The notes under the pieces are model-generated. The model made no database searches. It was not told where the DNA came from and saw only the letters and a program-made list of their open reading frames with translations. A program made the translations under genes and the position numbers. Positions 18,867 to 28,634 of a DNA stretch of 64,000 nucleotides are shown here, piece after piece. Source of the DNA: a virus; the IMG/VR virus record IMGVR_UViG_3300042542_004852, one strand, 5' to 3'. Each line of letters opens with the position of its first letter. Within the stretch, counting starts at the first letter, position 1.

Positions 18867-19902
18867 TCAAATAAAAGGCTCTCTTGAAAAGCTAGGTTAC
18901 ACTCTAAAAGATTTTGGAAATCATTGGAGAACAAAAGCTCTGTATCGCGGCGGCGATAATCCAACAGCGATTAAAGTGTATAAGAATAGCGGAGTATGGC
19001 AAGATTATGTTCAAGGCAATACTTCTATGCCTCTTGCTAAACTGGTTGAATTGACGCTGCAAACTAAAGACCCAAAAATCATCAAGCAGTATGTTAGTTA
19101 TAACCAAGAAGTTCAAACGCATTATATCGCAAAAGAAAAAATAGAGATGGATAAAATTTACCCCAAAGAATGCTTAAATAGACTTTTTCCAAACTTCTCT
19201 TTTTACAAGAAGCGCGGAATCAGTGAAGAAACACAGAAGCTTTATCAGTGTGGTCTGGCTGGAAATGGCCAAATGTATCAAAGAATAGTGTTTCCGATTT
19301 ATGAATCTAACGCAGAAATCTTTGGATTCAGCGGTAGAAAAATTAACGACAACAACGAATCTCCCAAGTGGAAGCATGTTGGCACAAAAACAAAATGGGT
19401 TTACCCAGCATTTGTTCCAAGAGAGCAAACAGTTGATTCTATTATTGACGAAAAGAAAGAAGTGATTTTGGTAGAAAGTATTGGAGACAGCTTGGCTTTG
19501 ACAGAAGAAGGTTATCTAAATAACCTCGTTACTTTTGGATTAGACTGCTCTCCAGCGCTCTTGAACTATCTCTGCTCCAAAGACCTGCGTAAGATCATTA
19601 TCGCCACAAATAACGATAATGAGAAGCAAAAGAATCATGGTAAAATCTCTGCTATGAAAAACTATATGAAACTCAGTCAGTTTTTTGACTTTGAGCAATT
19701 ATCAGTTCAATTACCTTTGGCTAATGATTTTGGAGAAATGAGACAAAAAGAAATGTCATTTAAGGACTGGTATCAAGAGTCAAATGTTTCTCAAGAAGCT
19801 AAATTAACTGATTATAAAGATTTCTGCTCTGCCAATCGTACTTCTTTTCAAGAAAAGAAATTGGAGAAATTTTTTAAAAAACTACAAAACTTTGGAATCT
19901 AA
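18856..19902 (+). CDS. dnaG: DnaG-like primase
   Basis: KKRGIS, RIVFPI, GFSGRK, PKWKH, TOPRIM LVESIGD. Likely start MNSDQ at 18856. Confidence 0.85.
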   Translation: MNSDQIKGSLEKLGYTLKDFGNHWRTKALYRGGDNPTAIKVYKNSGVWQDYVQGNTSMPLAKLVELTLQTKDPKIIKQYVSYNQEVQTHYIAKEKIEMDKIYPKECLNRLFPNFSFYKKRGISEETQKLYQCGLAGNGQMYQRIVFPIYESNAEIFGFSGRKINDNNESPKWKHVGTKTKWVYPAFVPREQTVDSIIDEKKEVILVESIGDSLALTEEGYLNNLVTFGLDCSPALLNYLCSKDLRKIIIATNNDNEKQKNHGKISAMKNYMKLSQFFDFEQLSVQLPLANDFGEMRQKEMSFKDWYQESNVSQEAKLTDYKDFCSANRTSFQEKKLEKFFKKLQNFGI

Positions 19903-20929
19903 AAACCGAACATCACTATCAGCAAGTCGCATCAAAACTGCTCAATCATGCAGTTGGAAATATTGGTGTTCTTATCGTTTAAAATTACCTGATAAAAGCA
20001 ATGACGGCGCTCGAAGAGGGTCAATATGTCACTTAGTTTTTGAATGCTTGGGCGAAAACCGCCACAAAAAACACTTTTCTCTCATCATCAAGAAAAGAGA
20101 TGTCTTTTCTAGCAAAGCTATCGAAAGACTAATTCGCAAACATGCGAAAAAAGAAGGAGTTAATGACGAAGATAATATCAAGCAGATTTGTGATATGACA
20201 CTTGCTGGTCTTCAATATGACTTCTTTGGAGCAGAAAATGGCAAACCTTCAGAAGCTTTGAGCGAGCAAGATTTTGAAATTGATGTTAAAGAAGGCAAGT
20301 TTGATTACAGAATCAAAGGCTTTATTGACAAACTCTTTCTTTATAAGAAGCAGGGGTTAGCTATCATCCGCGACTTTAAAAGCAGTAAAGAAGTTTTCAA
20401 GGGAAAAGACCTTGAGAATAACTTACAAGATTTGATGTATTCTCTTGCTGTTAAAAAGCAATTTCCAGACTATAACAATCGCTGTTCTGAATTCCTATTT
20501 TTAAAATTCTTACCAAATGAAAAAGGCGTTGTTAGGATGCCAGCACTAACAGAAGAAGAGTTAGACGGTTTTCAATCTGAGCTAACTGAAATCCAAAAAT
20601 ACTTGGATAATTTTGATATTCAAACGGCATTTTCTAATTTAGCAGCTAGACAAGATTACCCCAAAGATAATTCTTTTAGTGGTCCTTTACAATGTGGAAG
20701 AGCCATTCGCAAAGGACAACTCAAAAAAGATGGCAGCTTAATGTATCATTGCCCATATAAATTTGATTTTTACTATTATAAAATTTGCGACATGAAAGGG
20801 GTAATGATTGCCTCATGTTTCTTGGAGGACTTTGACGAATACATTAAAAAGTATCCCGAAGATAAATATCTTTATCAGACGATGTTCTATAGCGGCTGTC
20901 CAGCATTCAATAAAGGAATTGACAGATAG
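19892..20929 (+). CDS. PD-(D/E)xK exonuclease (Cas4/AddB-like)
   Basis: LSASRI...CSWKYW, RGSICH, E...IKGFIDKL...IRDFKSS, QxxMY, C-terminal Cys cluster. Confidence 0.85.
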   Translation: MESKNRTSLSASRIKTAQSCSWKYWCSYRLKLPDKSNDGARRGSICHLVFECLGENRHKKHFSLIIKKRDVFSSKAIERLIRKHAKKEGVNDEDNIKQICDMTLAGLQYDFFGAENGKPSEALSEQDFEIDVKEGKFDYRIKGFIDKLFLYKKQGLAIIRDFKSSKEVFKGKDLENNLQDLMYSLAVKKQFPDYNNRCSEFLFLKFLPNEKGVVRMPALTEEELDGFQSELTEIQKYLDNFDIQTAFSNLAARQDYPKDNSFSGPLQCGRAIRKGQLKKDGSLMYHCPYKFDFYYYKICDMKGVMIASCFLEDFDEYIKKYPEDKYLYQTMFYSGCPAFNKGIDR

Positions 20930-20947
20930 AACGTATCATGCTAGATT
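20919..20947 (+). promoter_or_regulatory. sigma70 promoter TTGACA-17-TAGATT with extended -10, 5 nt before the ATG
   Basis: ttgaca gatagaacgtatcaTGc tagatt aaagc ATG(20953). Confidence 0.75.
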
Positions 20948-20952
20948 AAAGC

Positions 20953-21702
20953 ATGATTCCACTCTTCAAGAGCACATATAGTATAGGAAAGTCGATACTA
21001 ACACTAGACGATCCAAAAGAAACCAAAGAAGGCGGTTCTGATAGCATCATCTCGATTGCGAAAGAAAACAAATTGTCAGAAATCTTCTTGGTGGAAGATT
21101 CAATGATCGGCTTTTTGGACGCTCATCAGAAATGCAAAGAGCATGATATTCAATTAATTTTTGGCTCTAGAATATCTTGCTGCAACTCTGTGTCAGAAGA
21201 AGATAAGAAATCTTCCGAACATAAGATTATTGTCTTTGCCAAGAATGATAAAGGTGTTAAAAATTTAACTCGCATCTTTTCTTTGGCGAATCAAAAGAAT
21301 GGTGGCTTTGTTGACTCTGTATCTCTACAAAATAACTGGTCAGACGATTTGATGCTGTGCATTCCATTTTACGATTCTTTTATTTATAATAATAACTTTA
21401 GAGGCAAACAATGCTTGCCAAACTTTAAGTTTACAAAGACGACTTATTTTATCGAGAGTAATGATTTACCATTTGATCATATTCTAAAAGCTAAGGTCGA
21501 AAAATGGGCATCAGCATTTGGCGATAGCATTCAGAAAACAAAGTCTATTTACTATAAAAATCGCAAAGACTTTGAAGCTTGGCAGACATACAAATGTTTG
21601 TGCAAACGCGCTTTTGGTAAAGAGCAGTCGCTCTCCAGCCCAAACTTGGAACATTGTGGTAGTGATTCATTCTCTTGGGAGGCATTTAAAAATGAAAGAT
21701 AA
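20953..21702 (+). CDS. Stand-alone PHP domain of DNA polymerase III alpha (metal ligands degenerate)
   Basis: PLFKSTYSIGKS (cf. HxHSxYS), IQLIFG, IIVFAKNDKGVKNL match the DnaE N-terminus. Confidence 0.8.
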   Translation: MIPLFKSTYSIGKSILTLDDPKETKEGGSDSIISIAKENKLSEIFLVEDSMIGFLDAHQKCKEHDIQLIFGSRISCCNSVSEEDKKSSEHKIIVFAKNDKGVKNLTRIFSLANQKNGGFVDSVSLQNNWSDDLMLCIPFYDSFIYNNNFRGKQCLPNFKFTKTTYFIESNDLPFDHILKAKVEKWASAFGDSIQKTKSIYYKNRKDFEAWQTYKCLCKRAFGKEQSLSSPNLEHCGSDSFSWEAFKNER

Positions 21703-22327
21703 TTTACTAAGATTCGATTTCAATCAAAAATATATCATTCTGGACACAGAAACAGAGGGGCTTAACCTACTTCATTCAAGACCTTGGCAAATCGCATGGA
21801 TTGAAGCTGTTGGTAAGAAGATCATTTCGCGCCAAGAGAGATACATCTATTGGCCAGACTTTAAAATCAGCGATGGTGCGGCGAAAATCACTGGTTTTAA
21901 TTATGATAAATATCGTGATCTTGCTCGCGATCCAAAAGAAGTTTGGGACGAATTCGTTCCTTTTTTAGAAAGGGATAGCAATAAAATCATTGGCCAAAAT
22001 ATTCTTGGGTTTGATGTTTATATGCTTAATTCTTGGAGAAGAGCGATGGGTTTAGATTCAAGCTTTGACTATGTTGACCGTGTGCTTGATACAAAAGCTT
22101 TAGCAATGGCTATCGCCAAGGAATGCAGGTCTGTTGATTGTGATGACCTTATCTGCTGGCAGTATCGCTGGTTAAATCATCGCGAAAAAGGAATTAAAAC
22201 CAGTCAAGCTCACTTGCTAAAGCATTATGAAATTCCTCATGACCCTAGTAAATTGCATGACGCACTTTATGACATCGAAATGACATTCCAAATTTTTCAG
22301 AAACAAATCTTTGAACTAGAAATCTAA
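21692..22327 (+). CDS. DEDDh 3'-5' exonuclease (DnaQ/epsilon-like)
   Basis: LDTETEG, GQNILGFD, LDT, HDALYD. Likely start MKDNLL at 21692. Confidence 0.9.
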   Translation: MKDNLLRFDFNQKYIILDTETEGLNLLHSRPWQIAWIEAVGKKIISRQERYIYWPDFKISDGAAKITGFNYDKYRDLARDPKEVWDEFVPFLERDSNKIIGQNILGFDVYMLNSWRRAMGLDSSFDYVDRVLDTKALAMAIAKECRSVDCDDLICWQYRWLNHREKGIKTSQAHLLKHYEIPHDPSKLHDALYDIEMTFQIFQKQIFELEI

Positions 22328-24882
22328 TGATCGAAAACTTCCAAAAATATCAGCAGCCAACACTTCCTGGCGTAAAACTTCCACAAATCATCATTGAACA
22401 AAAATACTATGATATTCTTGGAATCCCAAACACATCTTCAAATTATCAGTTTCTTCGTAAGCTATGCCACAAGGGAGTTTTAGAAAAAGAAATTGACAAA
22501 AAAGAAAACGCTCAAATTTATTATGAGCGCGTAAAAACAGAGCTTAGCTTATTTGAAGAGCTTGGGTTTATTGATTATGTTCTCTTAAATTGGGACATTT
22601 TAAAATTCTGTCATGAGAATGAAATTCCTACTGGACCAGGGCGCGGTTCTGCCGCTGGTTCTTTGGTGCTGTATTTGATTGGCGTAACTAAGGTTGATCC
22701 GATTCAGTATGAATTATACTTCGAGCGATTTGTTTCGAAGAGTCGAGCAAAAAAGATTATCGTTGATGGGGAAACTTATTTAGACGGCTCTCTGCTAGCG
22801 GACGTTGATAATGATATTGCTTATGAACGCCGCCAAGAAGTGATTAAATTTATTGAACAAAAATACTCTGGTAAAACATGCAAAATTCTTACGCTCAACA
22901 CTTTGAGCAGTAAGCTTTGCGTAAAGGAATGCGGAAAACTTGTTGGCGAGCTACCAGAATCATCAGTAAATGAAATCAGCGACTTGATTCCCAAGAAATT
23001 TGGTAAAGTTGCAAGCCTCAAAAATGCTTGCCAAGAAAATGATAAGTTTAGAGAATGGGCGAATGAAAATAAAAAAATCTTTGAAATCGCTCAGAAGCTT
23101 GAGGGCTTAATTAAAAATACTGGCGTTCATCCATCAGGCATTGCAATTAGTCACTATGATTTGGAAGAGATTATGCCTCTTCAAACAACGGGAGAAGGCG
23201 ATCTTGTTTCTGGCTATGACATGAATGATGTTGCTAGTTTGTGTGTTAAGTTTGATATTCTTGGCTTGCGCACTCTTTCAGTAATTCATGATGTCTGTAA
23301 GCAGATTGGTTTTGACATCACAAAACTAGATATGCAGAGCGAAGAGATTTATAGCTATCTACAAAATCTACAAACTCCTCAAGGACTGTTTCAAATTGAA
23401 GCTGATACAAACTTCAAAGTCGCTCAAAAAGTGAGGCCAAAAAATCTAGAACAGCTATCTGCTGTGGTTGCTATTGCTCGACCTGGAGCTTTAGACTTCT
23501 TGGACCGATATGCCCACTATGTTAATGTTGGCGATTTTCAAAGCGTGCATCCTTTCTTTGATGATGTTCTTCAATACACTGGTGGTATTCCACTGTATCA
23601 GGAGCAGCTAATGAGAATGGCAGTGAAAGTAGGCTTTACTCTTGACGAGTCTGAGCAGCTTCGCCGCATTGTGGGAAAGAAGAAAGTGGATCAAATGGCC
23701 GCTTGGCAAGATAAAATTAAGGAAAAAATTGAACAAAACAATCTTGATCCTGTCATTGGAGAAGTGCTATGGAAAGTTGCAGAAGATTCTGCAAACTATT
23801 CTTTCAACAAATCTCACTCCATTTCTTATGCGATTCTTGCTGCGTGGACTCTTTATCTAAAGTTTAAACATCCTCAGTATTTCTTTTTGAGCTTGTTGAA
23901 AATGACACAGTTTGAACCTGATTCATACTCAGAGATTAATAAAATTACCCAAGAGCTTCCTTATTTCGATATGAAGCTTTTGGCCCCAGACCTCACAAAA
24001 TCCAAGACGGACTTCTCAATCGAGAAAAAAGATATTCGTTATGGATTAAACAGTATCAAAGGCATTTCAGATAATACCATGAGCGCTCTACTGGAGTTTT
24101 GCAATGCTGAATTAAAAAACAAATACGATGTTTTTTCAGTAGCCAAGCAAGCTGGATTAAATATTGGTGCTTTGTCTGCGCTTGTGCAAGCTGGAGCATT
24201 GAATAGTTTTTCAGAAGATCGCTGCCGAATGGTGTTGGAAGCTCAGTCATTTAACATTCTAACTGATAGAGAGAAGCGTTTGTTTTGCTCTTTGGGCGAG
24301 AAATATGACTTTGATATTTTGAAAACAATTCATGATTGCGTCAAAAATAAACAAATTGGCGATGATAACAAACCGATCATGAGCGATAAAAGGTTTCAAA
24401 CCTTCAAGCAAAAATATGCTGGCTATCGAGAAATCTACGACAAAAACTCAAAATATCCAAAATTTGCCAATTGGTATTTTGAAACTAAATTGCTTGGATA
24501 CTCTTATTCGCAAATTGTTAAAAATATCTTTTCAGAAGAAGATTCAGAAAAATATGTGAATTGCATGACTTTCAACTCTCTTGACATCAATGAAAACGTG
24601 CGTATCGTAGGCGTTGTAAAAGACTGCTTCCGCAAGAAAAGCTCTAATGGAAACAAATATGCAAAACTTGAAATCGCTGATGAAACAGGAAAAGTTAAAG
24701 CTATGCTTCTTGATTCTCGTCAAAAAGCTAGACTAACAGAATATCTTGATAACGGCAATAAATTGCCAAAAGAAGAAAGCATCGTGATCATAACTGGTAA
24801 AAAAGGAGAAGACATATTATTCATAGATAAATTAGCGATCTTGGATGAGAAAATTTATATGAAACTGTCTGAAATTAAATAG
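22327..24882 (+). CDS. dnaE: DNA polymerase III alpha catalytic core (lacks the PHP domain)
   Basis: GPGRGSAAGSLV, FERF, ADVDND, GVHPSG, KFDILGL, YQEQ, YSFNKSH, C-terminal OB fold. Confidence 0.95.
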   Translation: MIENFQKYQQPTLPGVKLPQIIIEQKYYDILGIPNTSSNYQFLRKLCHKGVLEKEIDKKENAQIYYERVKTELSLFEELGFIDYVLLNWDILKFCHENEIPTGPGRGSAAGSLVLYLIGVTKVDPIQYELYFERFVSKSRAKKIIVDGETYLDGSLLADVDNDIAYERRQEVIKFIEQKYSGKTCKILTLNTLSSKLCVKECGKLVGELPESSVNEISDLIPKKFGKVASLKNACQENDKFREWANENKKIFEIAQKLEGLIKNTGVHPSGIAISHYDLEEIMPLQTTGEGDLVSGYDMNDVASLCVKFDILGLRTLSVIHDVCKQIGFDITKLDMQSEEIYSYLQNLQTPQGLFQIEADTNFKVAQKVRPKNLEQLSAVVAIARPGALDFLDRYAHYVNVGDFQSVHPFFDDVLQYTGGIPLYQEQLMRMAVKVGFTLDESEQLRRIVGKKKVDQMAAWQDKIKEKIEQNNLDPVIGEVLWKVAEDSANYSFNKSHSISYAILAAWTLYLKFKHPQYFFLSLLKMTQFEPDSYSEINKITQELPYFDMKLLAPDLTKSKTDFSIEKKDIRYGLNSIKGISDNTMSALLEFCNAELKNKYDVFSVAKQAGLNIGALSALVQAGALNSFSEDRCRMVLEAQSFNILTDREKRLFCSLGEKYDFDILKTIHDCVKNKQIGDDNKPIMSDKRFQTFKQKYAGYREIYDKNSKYPKFANWYFETKLLGYSYSQIVKNIFSEEDSEKYVNCMTFNSLDINENVRIVGVVKDCFRKKSSNGNKYAKLEIADETGKVKAMLLDSRQKARLTEYLDNGNKLPKEESIVIITGKKGEDILFIDKLAILDEKIYMKLSEIK

Positions 24883-24891
24883 TGTAAAAAC

Positions 24892-27279
24892 ATGAGGATG
24901 AAAAAACTTAACTTGACCCCGCGTGTCAAAAAAGCTCTGGAGCAAGCCCAAGAACTTGCGAAGTCTTTGGGGCATGAGAGAATCAATTGCGCACACATGT
25001 TTAAGGCCATCATGGAATTAGATTATCCTATGTTCCGAACTGTTTTGCGTCCATTCATGGTTAATCAGTATGAATTGGCAGAAAAGATTATTCCTTTTGT
25101 AGAAGAGAATCATCCAGACTTCTTTAAAAAGAAAGCTAATGAAAAGACTTGGCATAATGAAATTGAAGAAATACTTAAATTCGCAAACGAAACAAGCGGC
25201 AATTTAAAACAGGAATACATTGGCGTAGAGCATATCTTATATGCTTTAATAGTCACTTCTCCAACAGTGCGTGGATTTTTGGAACACAAACATTTTCCAA
25301 TTGATGATTTTGCCGAATTATTAATTAATCATTTGGACCCAAATTCTGTCAAGAAAAAAGTCGAAACAGAACCCGAAACTCAAGAAGACACTGCTATCAA
25401 GCAGACCTATGTTAAAAAATACTGCACAAATCTAACCGAACTAGCCACAAATAATAAATTAAATAATGTCTATGGCAGAGATGTTGAAATTGCAACTCTT
25501 GCAGAGACTTTCTTGAGAAAAACAAAGAATAATATTATTCTCATTGGCGATCCTGGCGTAGGCAAAACAGCCATCGTTGAAGGTTTGGCTTACAAGATTA
25601 TTGTTGACGAAACCACTCCTCTTTTAAAGAACAAGATTTTGATTTCATTGAACATGGCATCCATGATCGCTGGCACAAAATATCGCGGCCAATTTGAGCA
25701 AAGATTCCAAGGGCTTCTTGATGAACTAAAAGAAAATAGCAATTTTATCATTTTCATTGATGAAATTCACACTATGATTGGTGCTGGTAATGGAGAGGGA
25801 GCACTAGATGTGGCAAACATGCTCAAACCTGCTTTGGCTCGCGGAGAAATCACTTGTATTGGCGCTACAACACATGCTGAATACAAGAAGCTGTTTGAGA
25901 AGGACGGTGCGTTAAAACGCCGCTTTGAAGCTATTACAATTGAAGAGCCAGACAATCTTCAAACCAAAAAGATTCTCATGTCCTCAAAAAAACAATTTGA
26001 AGACTTTCATGGAGTGGTTTATTCAGAACAGATTATTGAAGACATTATTTTCCTTTGTGAGAAATATGTTCCTTACAAAAAATTTCCTGACAAAGCTTTC
26101 GACATGCTGGATTTGCTAGGATCAAGAGTAAAAATTGCTAACTTTGCTATTCCTAAAAAAATCAAGAATCTCGAAAAGAAAATCCAAAAGAACATCAACA
26201 ACATCAAGAATCCAAAACACTCAAACGAGTGTGAAAAAATGATTGAGGAGTTTGGCCAAAAACTAATTGAATGGTCTGAAAAAGGTCGCAAATTTATTCC
26301 AATCTCAACAGATCATATCATTGATGTTTTTTCTCAAAAGCTAGGAATCAATAAAAATAAAATTATTTTCGCAAATAATCTGCAAAATGAAGACATTTTC
26401 GAGACTCTTAAAAATGACATTTTTGGACAAGACGAGGCTTTGGTAAAAATTAGCGACATTCTAATCTGCTCAAAAGCTGGTCTTAAACCCAAAAACAAAC
26501 CAATGGGCAAATTTTTATTTGTTGGCCCAACAGGAGTTGGCAAAACTTGGACAGCCAAGTTGATCGCCGAAAAGTTCTTTGGCAACGAAAAGAGTTTGTT
26601 GAAACTTGACATGAGCGAGTATCAAGAATCAAGCTCAATCAATAAATTAATTGGTTCTGCTATTGGATATGTAAAATGTGAAGAAGGCGGCATACTAACA
26701 GAGTTCGTTAGAAATCGACCAAACAGCGTAATTCTTTTTGACGAAATTGAAAAGTCCCATAGAGACATTAACAATTTACTGCTTCAAATTTTGGATGATG
26801 GCTATGTGACTGACAGCATGGGTCGCAAAATTGATTTCTCAAACTCCATCATTATTCTCACAAGTAATCTTGGCCACGAACAAGTTTCCAAAGCATCAAT
26901 GGGTTTCTTGCCAGTTCAAGATGATCAAGATTCTAAATATAAAAAATCAATCGAGAACTTTTTTAAGCCAGAATTTCTGGCCAGATTAGACGATGTTGTT
27001 GTATTTAATAAGATTTCGAAGAATGAGTTTAAGAAAATATTTGATAAAATGATTCAAAAAACATGCGAGTCTCTTCATCAAAACAATAAAAAAATTCACA
27101 TCTCGGAAGACACAAAAGAGTTTTTATTGAAAAAGATTGAAGAAAATGGCAACAACGCTCGATCCATTCAAAAAGTCTATCGTCAATATTTGGAAATTCC
27201 ATTGGCTAAATTTATGCTTCAAAATCCCAATCCAGAAATTTCTGCAAAAATCTCTGATGCCAAGGTAATATTTGAATGA
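24892..27279 (+). CDS. clpC: Clp/Hsp100 AAA+ ATPase, ClpC/ClpA-like
   Basis: Clp-N repeats, GDPGVGKT, IDEIH, GATT, RRF, PDKAFD, GPTGVGKT, DMSEY, FDEIEK and an SMGF ClpP-docking-like loop. Start may be 24898. Confidence 0.88.
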   Translation: MRMKKLNLTPRVKKALEQAQELAKSLGHERINCAHMFKAIMELDYPMFRTVLRPFMVNQYELAEKIIPFVEENHPDFFKKKANEKTWHNEIEEILKFANETSGNLKQEYIGVEHILYALIVTSPTVRGFLEHKHFPIDDFAELLINHLDPNSVKKKVETEPETQEDTAIKQTYVKKYCTNLTELATNNKLNNVYGRDVEIATLAETFLRKTKNNIILIGDPGVGKTAIVEGLAYKIIVDETTPLLKNKILISLNMASMIAGTKYRGQFEQRFQGLLDELKENSNFIIFIDEIHTMIGAGNGEGALDVANMLKPALARGEITCIGATTHAEYKKLFEKDGALKRRFEAITIEEPDNLQTKKILMSSKKQFEDFHGVVYSEQIIEDIIFLCEKYVPYKKFPDKAFDMLDLLGSRVKIANFAIPKKIKNLEKKIQKNINNIKNPKHSNECEKMIEEFGQKLIEWSEKGRKFIPISTDHIIDVFSQKLGINKNKIIFANNLQNEDIFETLKNDIFGQDEALVKISDILICSKAGLKPKNKPMGKFLFVGPTGVGKTWTAKLIAEKFFGNEKSLLKLDMSEYQESSSINKLIGSAIGYVKCEEGGILTEFVRNRPNSVILFDEIEKSHRDINNLLLQILDDGYVTDSMGRKIDFSNSIIILTSNLGHEQVSKASMGFLPVQDDQDSKYKKSIENFFKPEFLARLDDVVVFNKISKNEFKKIFDKMIQKTCESLHQNNKKIHISEDTKEFLLKKIEENGNNARSIQKVYRQYLEIPLAKFMLQNPNPEISAKISDAKVIFE

Positions 27280-27300
27280 GAGCAGCGTAATTATTGAGCA

Positions 27301-27516
27301 ATGAATACTCGAACAAATAATATTGTTAGCGCGATGCGCTCTAGTCGTGGCCGTTTCTTCGGCCTTACCACCACTCAAGGTAATTCCGTGAATGGTCGTT
27401 TCGTCTCTGAAACCCCAAAGTATGTGCGCGTTTATGACCGAAACCGCAACGAAAACCTTACTCTCGCCAAGAGCAGTCTAGCTGCCTATCGGCAAGGCAG
27501 TAACGTAATCGCCTAA
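27301..27516 (+). CDS. Small basic hypothetical protein
   Basis: 71-aa ORF with its own GCGTAA element upstream and a strong terminator downstream. Confidence 0.65.
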   Translation: MNTRTNNIVSAMRSSRGRFFGLTTTQGNSVNGRFVSETPKYVRVYDRNRNENLTLAKSSLAAYRQGSNVIA

Positions 27517-27533
27517 CTGAAAAAATATAAATT

Positions 27534-27565
27534 AGAAACCCCTCGAAATCGAGGGGTTTCTTTTT
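27534..27565 (+). terminator. Intrinsic terminator
   Basis: AGAAACCCCTCG-aaat-CGAGGGGTTTCT followed by TTTT. Confidence 0.9.
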
Positions 27566-27574
27566 ATTATAATT

Positions 27575-28630
27575 ATGCCGAGAATAACTAATCTCTTTAA
27601 AGAAAAAGCTTATGTATTTTCTTCTGAGCCTAAAGTCTATGAAGGCGAAAAGACGCTGATTAAAAAAATATATTCAGATAATAACTTACCGCAGCCTAAA
27701 AAAATTGAATTTTTAGACGCCAACATAAATAACGATCTATTTTTAGTTGAAAATAATTTAGGTAAATTTTGTGTTAAATTAAGCTTGGATGAGAAAAACA
27801 AATTCCTTCATAAAGAATTTGAAATCTTACTTAGAAATTTTGATAAAAAAATTATGATGTATCCATTGATGTGTGGGTACGCTAAAGAATATAATAATAT
27901 TGAATATTCAATTACTGGATACGCTCCGATCCCAAATATCGGAGATGCTGGAATAGCTAATTTGCTAAGTAACGAATCTTTGCCAATGTTTTTTGAAAAT
28001 CTAAATAACTTTAGAATGGTAGAAAATCTACCTTCTCAGCAGGAGTTTTTAAACAAGTATTTATATTTTGATTTATTAAAATTACCTGATTTTGACGCAA
28101 AATGGATTGAAAAGCATTTTGAAATTAAAAAGCTAATAAGTGAACAAGTTGCGTTTTTACAAAATTTTTTAATTAAAAATATTTCTATCGTTGAAAGTGA
28201 TGTGAAAAAAGTTTGTCATGGTAATTTAAATAAATCTACAATTCTAGCTTTTGGAGAATACTTGCATGCAATCAATTGGGAAAACGCTTATGTTGGCAAT
28301 TTTTTATTCGAAATGGCTTTATTAAAATTTGAACTATTTTACGATTTTAACTTTGAAAATTATTTATTCTCCGATTTTGAGGCGAGAACTAAAAAACAAA
28401 TAAATCCAGTTAAGCTAAAAGACTACAAAACATTTGCAAGTTATTTTTCTTTGTTGAAAATAATGGTAGATTATTTAATAGAAGTTTATATATTAAGATG
28501 CAATCGAGAAAATAAAATTTTAGATTGCGCTATCAAATTCAGTAAGAATTATGATAGTTTTTATCAACTCCCCAATTTCGATAAAAAGCTAAAACCCATA
28601 GCTGAATTTTTTGTAGAAAGTGTAATTTAA
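27575..28630 (+). CDS. APH/choline-kinase-fold protein, probable pseudokinase
   Basis: FCVKL...KEFEIL N-lobe; CHGNL and AINWE align with HGDL and IDWE, with both Asp replaced by Asn. Confidence 0.65.
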   Translation: MPRITNLFKEKAYVFSSEPKVYEGEKTLIKKIYSDNNLPQPKKIEFLDANINNDLFLVENNLGKFCVKLSLDEKNKFLHKEFEILLRNFDKKIMMYPLMCGYAKEYNNIEYSITGYAPIPNIGDAGIANLLSNESLPMFFENLNNFRMVENLPSQQEFLNKYLYFDLLKLPDFDAKWIEKHFEIKKLISEQVAFLQNFLIKNISIVESDVKKVCHGNLNKSTILAFGEYLHAINWENAYVGNFLFEMALLKFELFYDFNFENYLFSDFEARTKKQINPVKLKDYKTFASYFSLLKIMVDYLIEVYILRCNRENKILDCAIKFSKNYDSFYQLPNFDKKLKPIAEFFVESVI

Positions 28631-28634
28631 TTAT

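Noticed and set aside
19892-20929. Cas4-like gene as evidence of a CRISPR-Cas system
   Set aside because: It is a solo nuclease within the replication operon, with no other cas genes or array.
21680-21702. Programmed frameshift fusing PHP to the exonuclease at TTTAAAA
   Set aside because: Fusion needs a +1 shift and the heptamer is not phased for -1 slippage in the PHP frame; an overlapping ATG explains the junction.
5636-24882. Inteins or introns in nrdA, nrdB, recA, dnaB or dnaE
   Set aside because: Motif spacing is compact and no splice-junction or homing-endonuclease motifs were seen.
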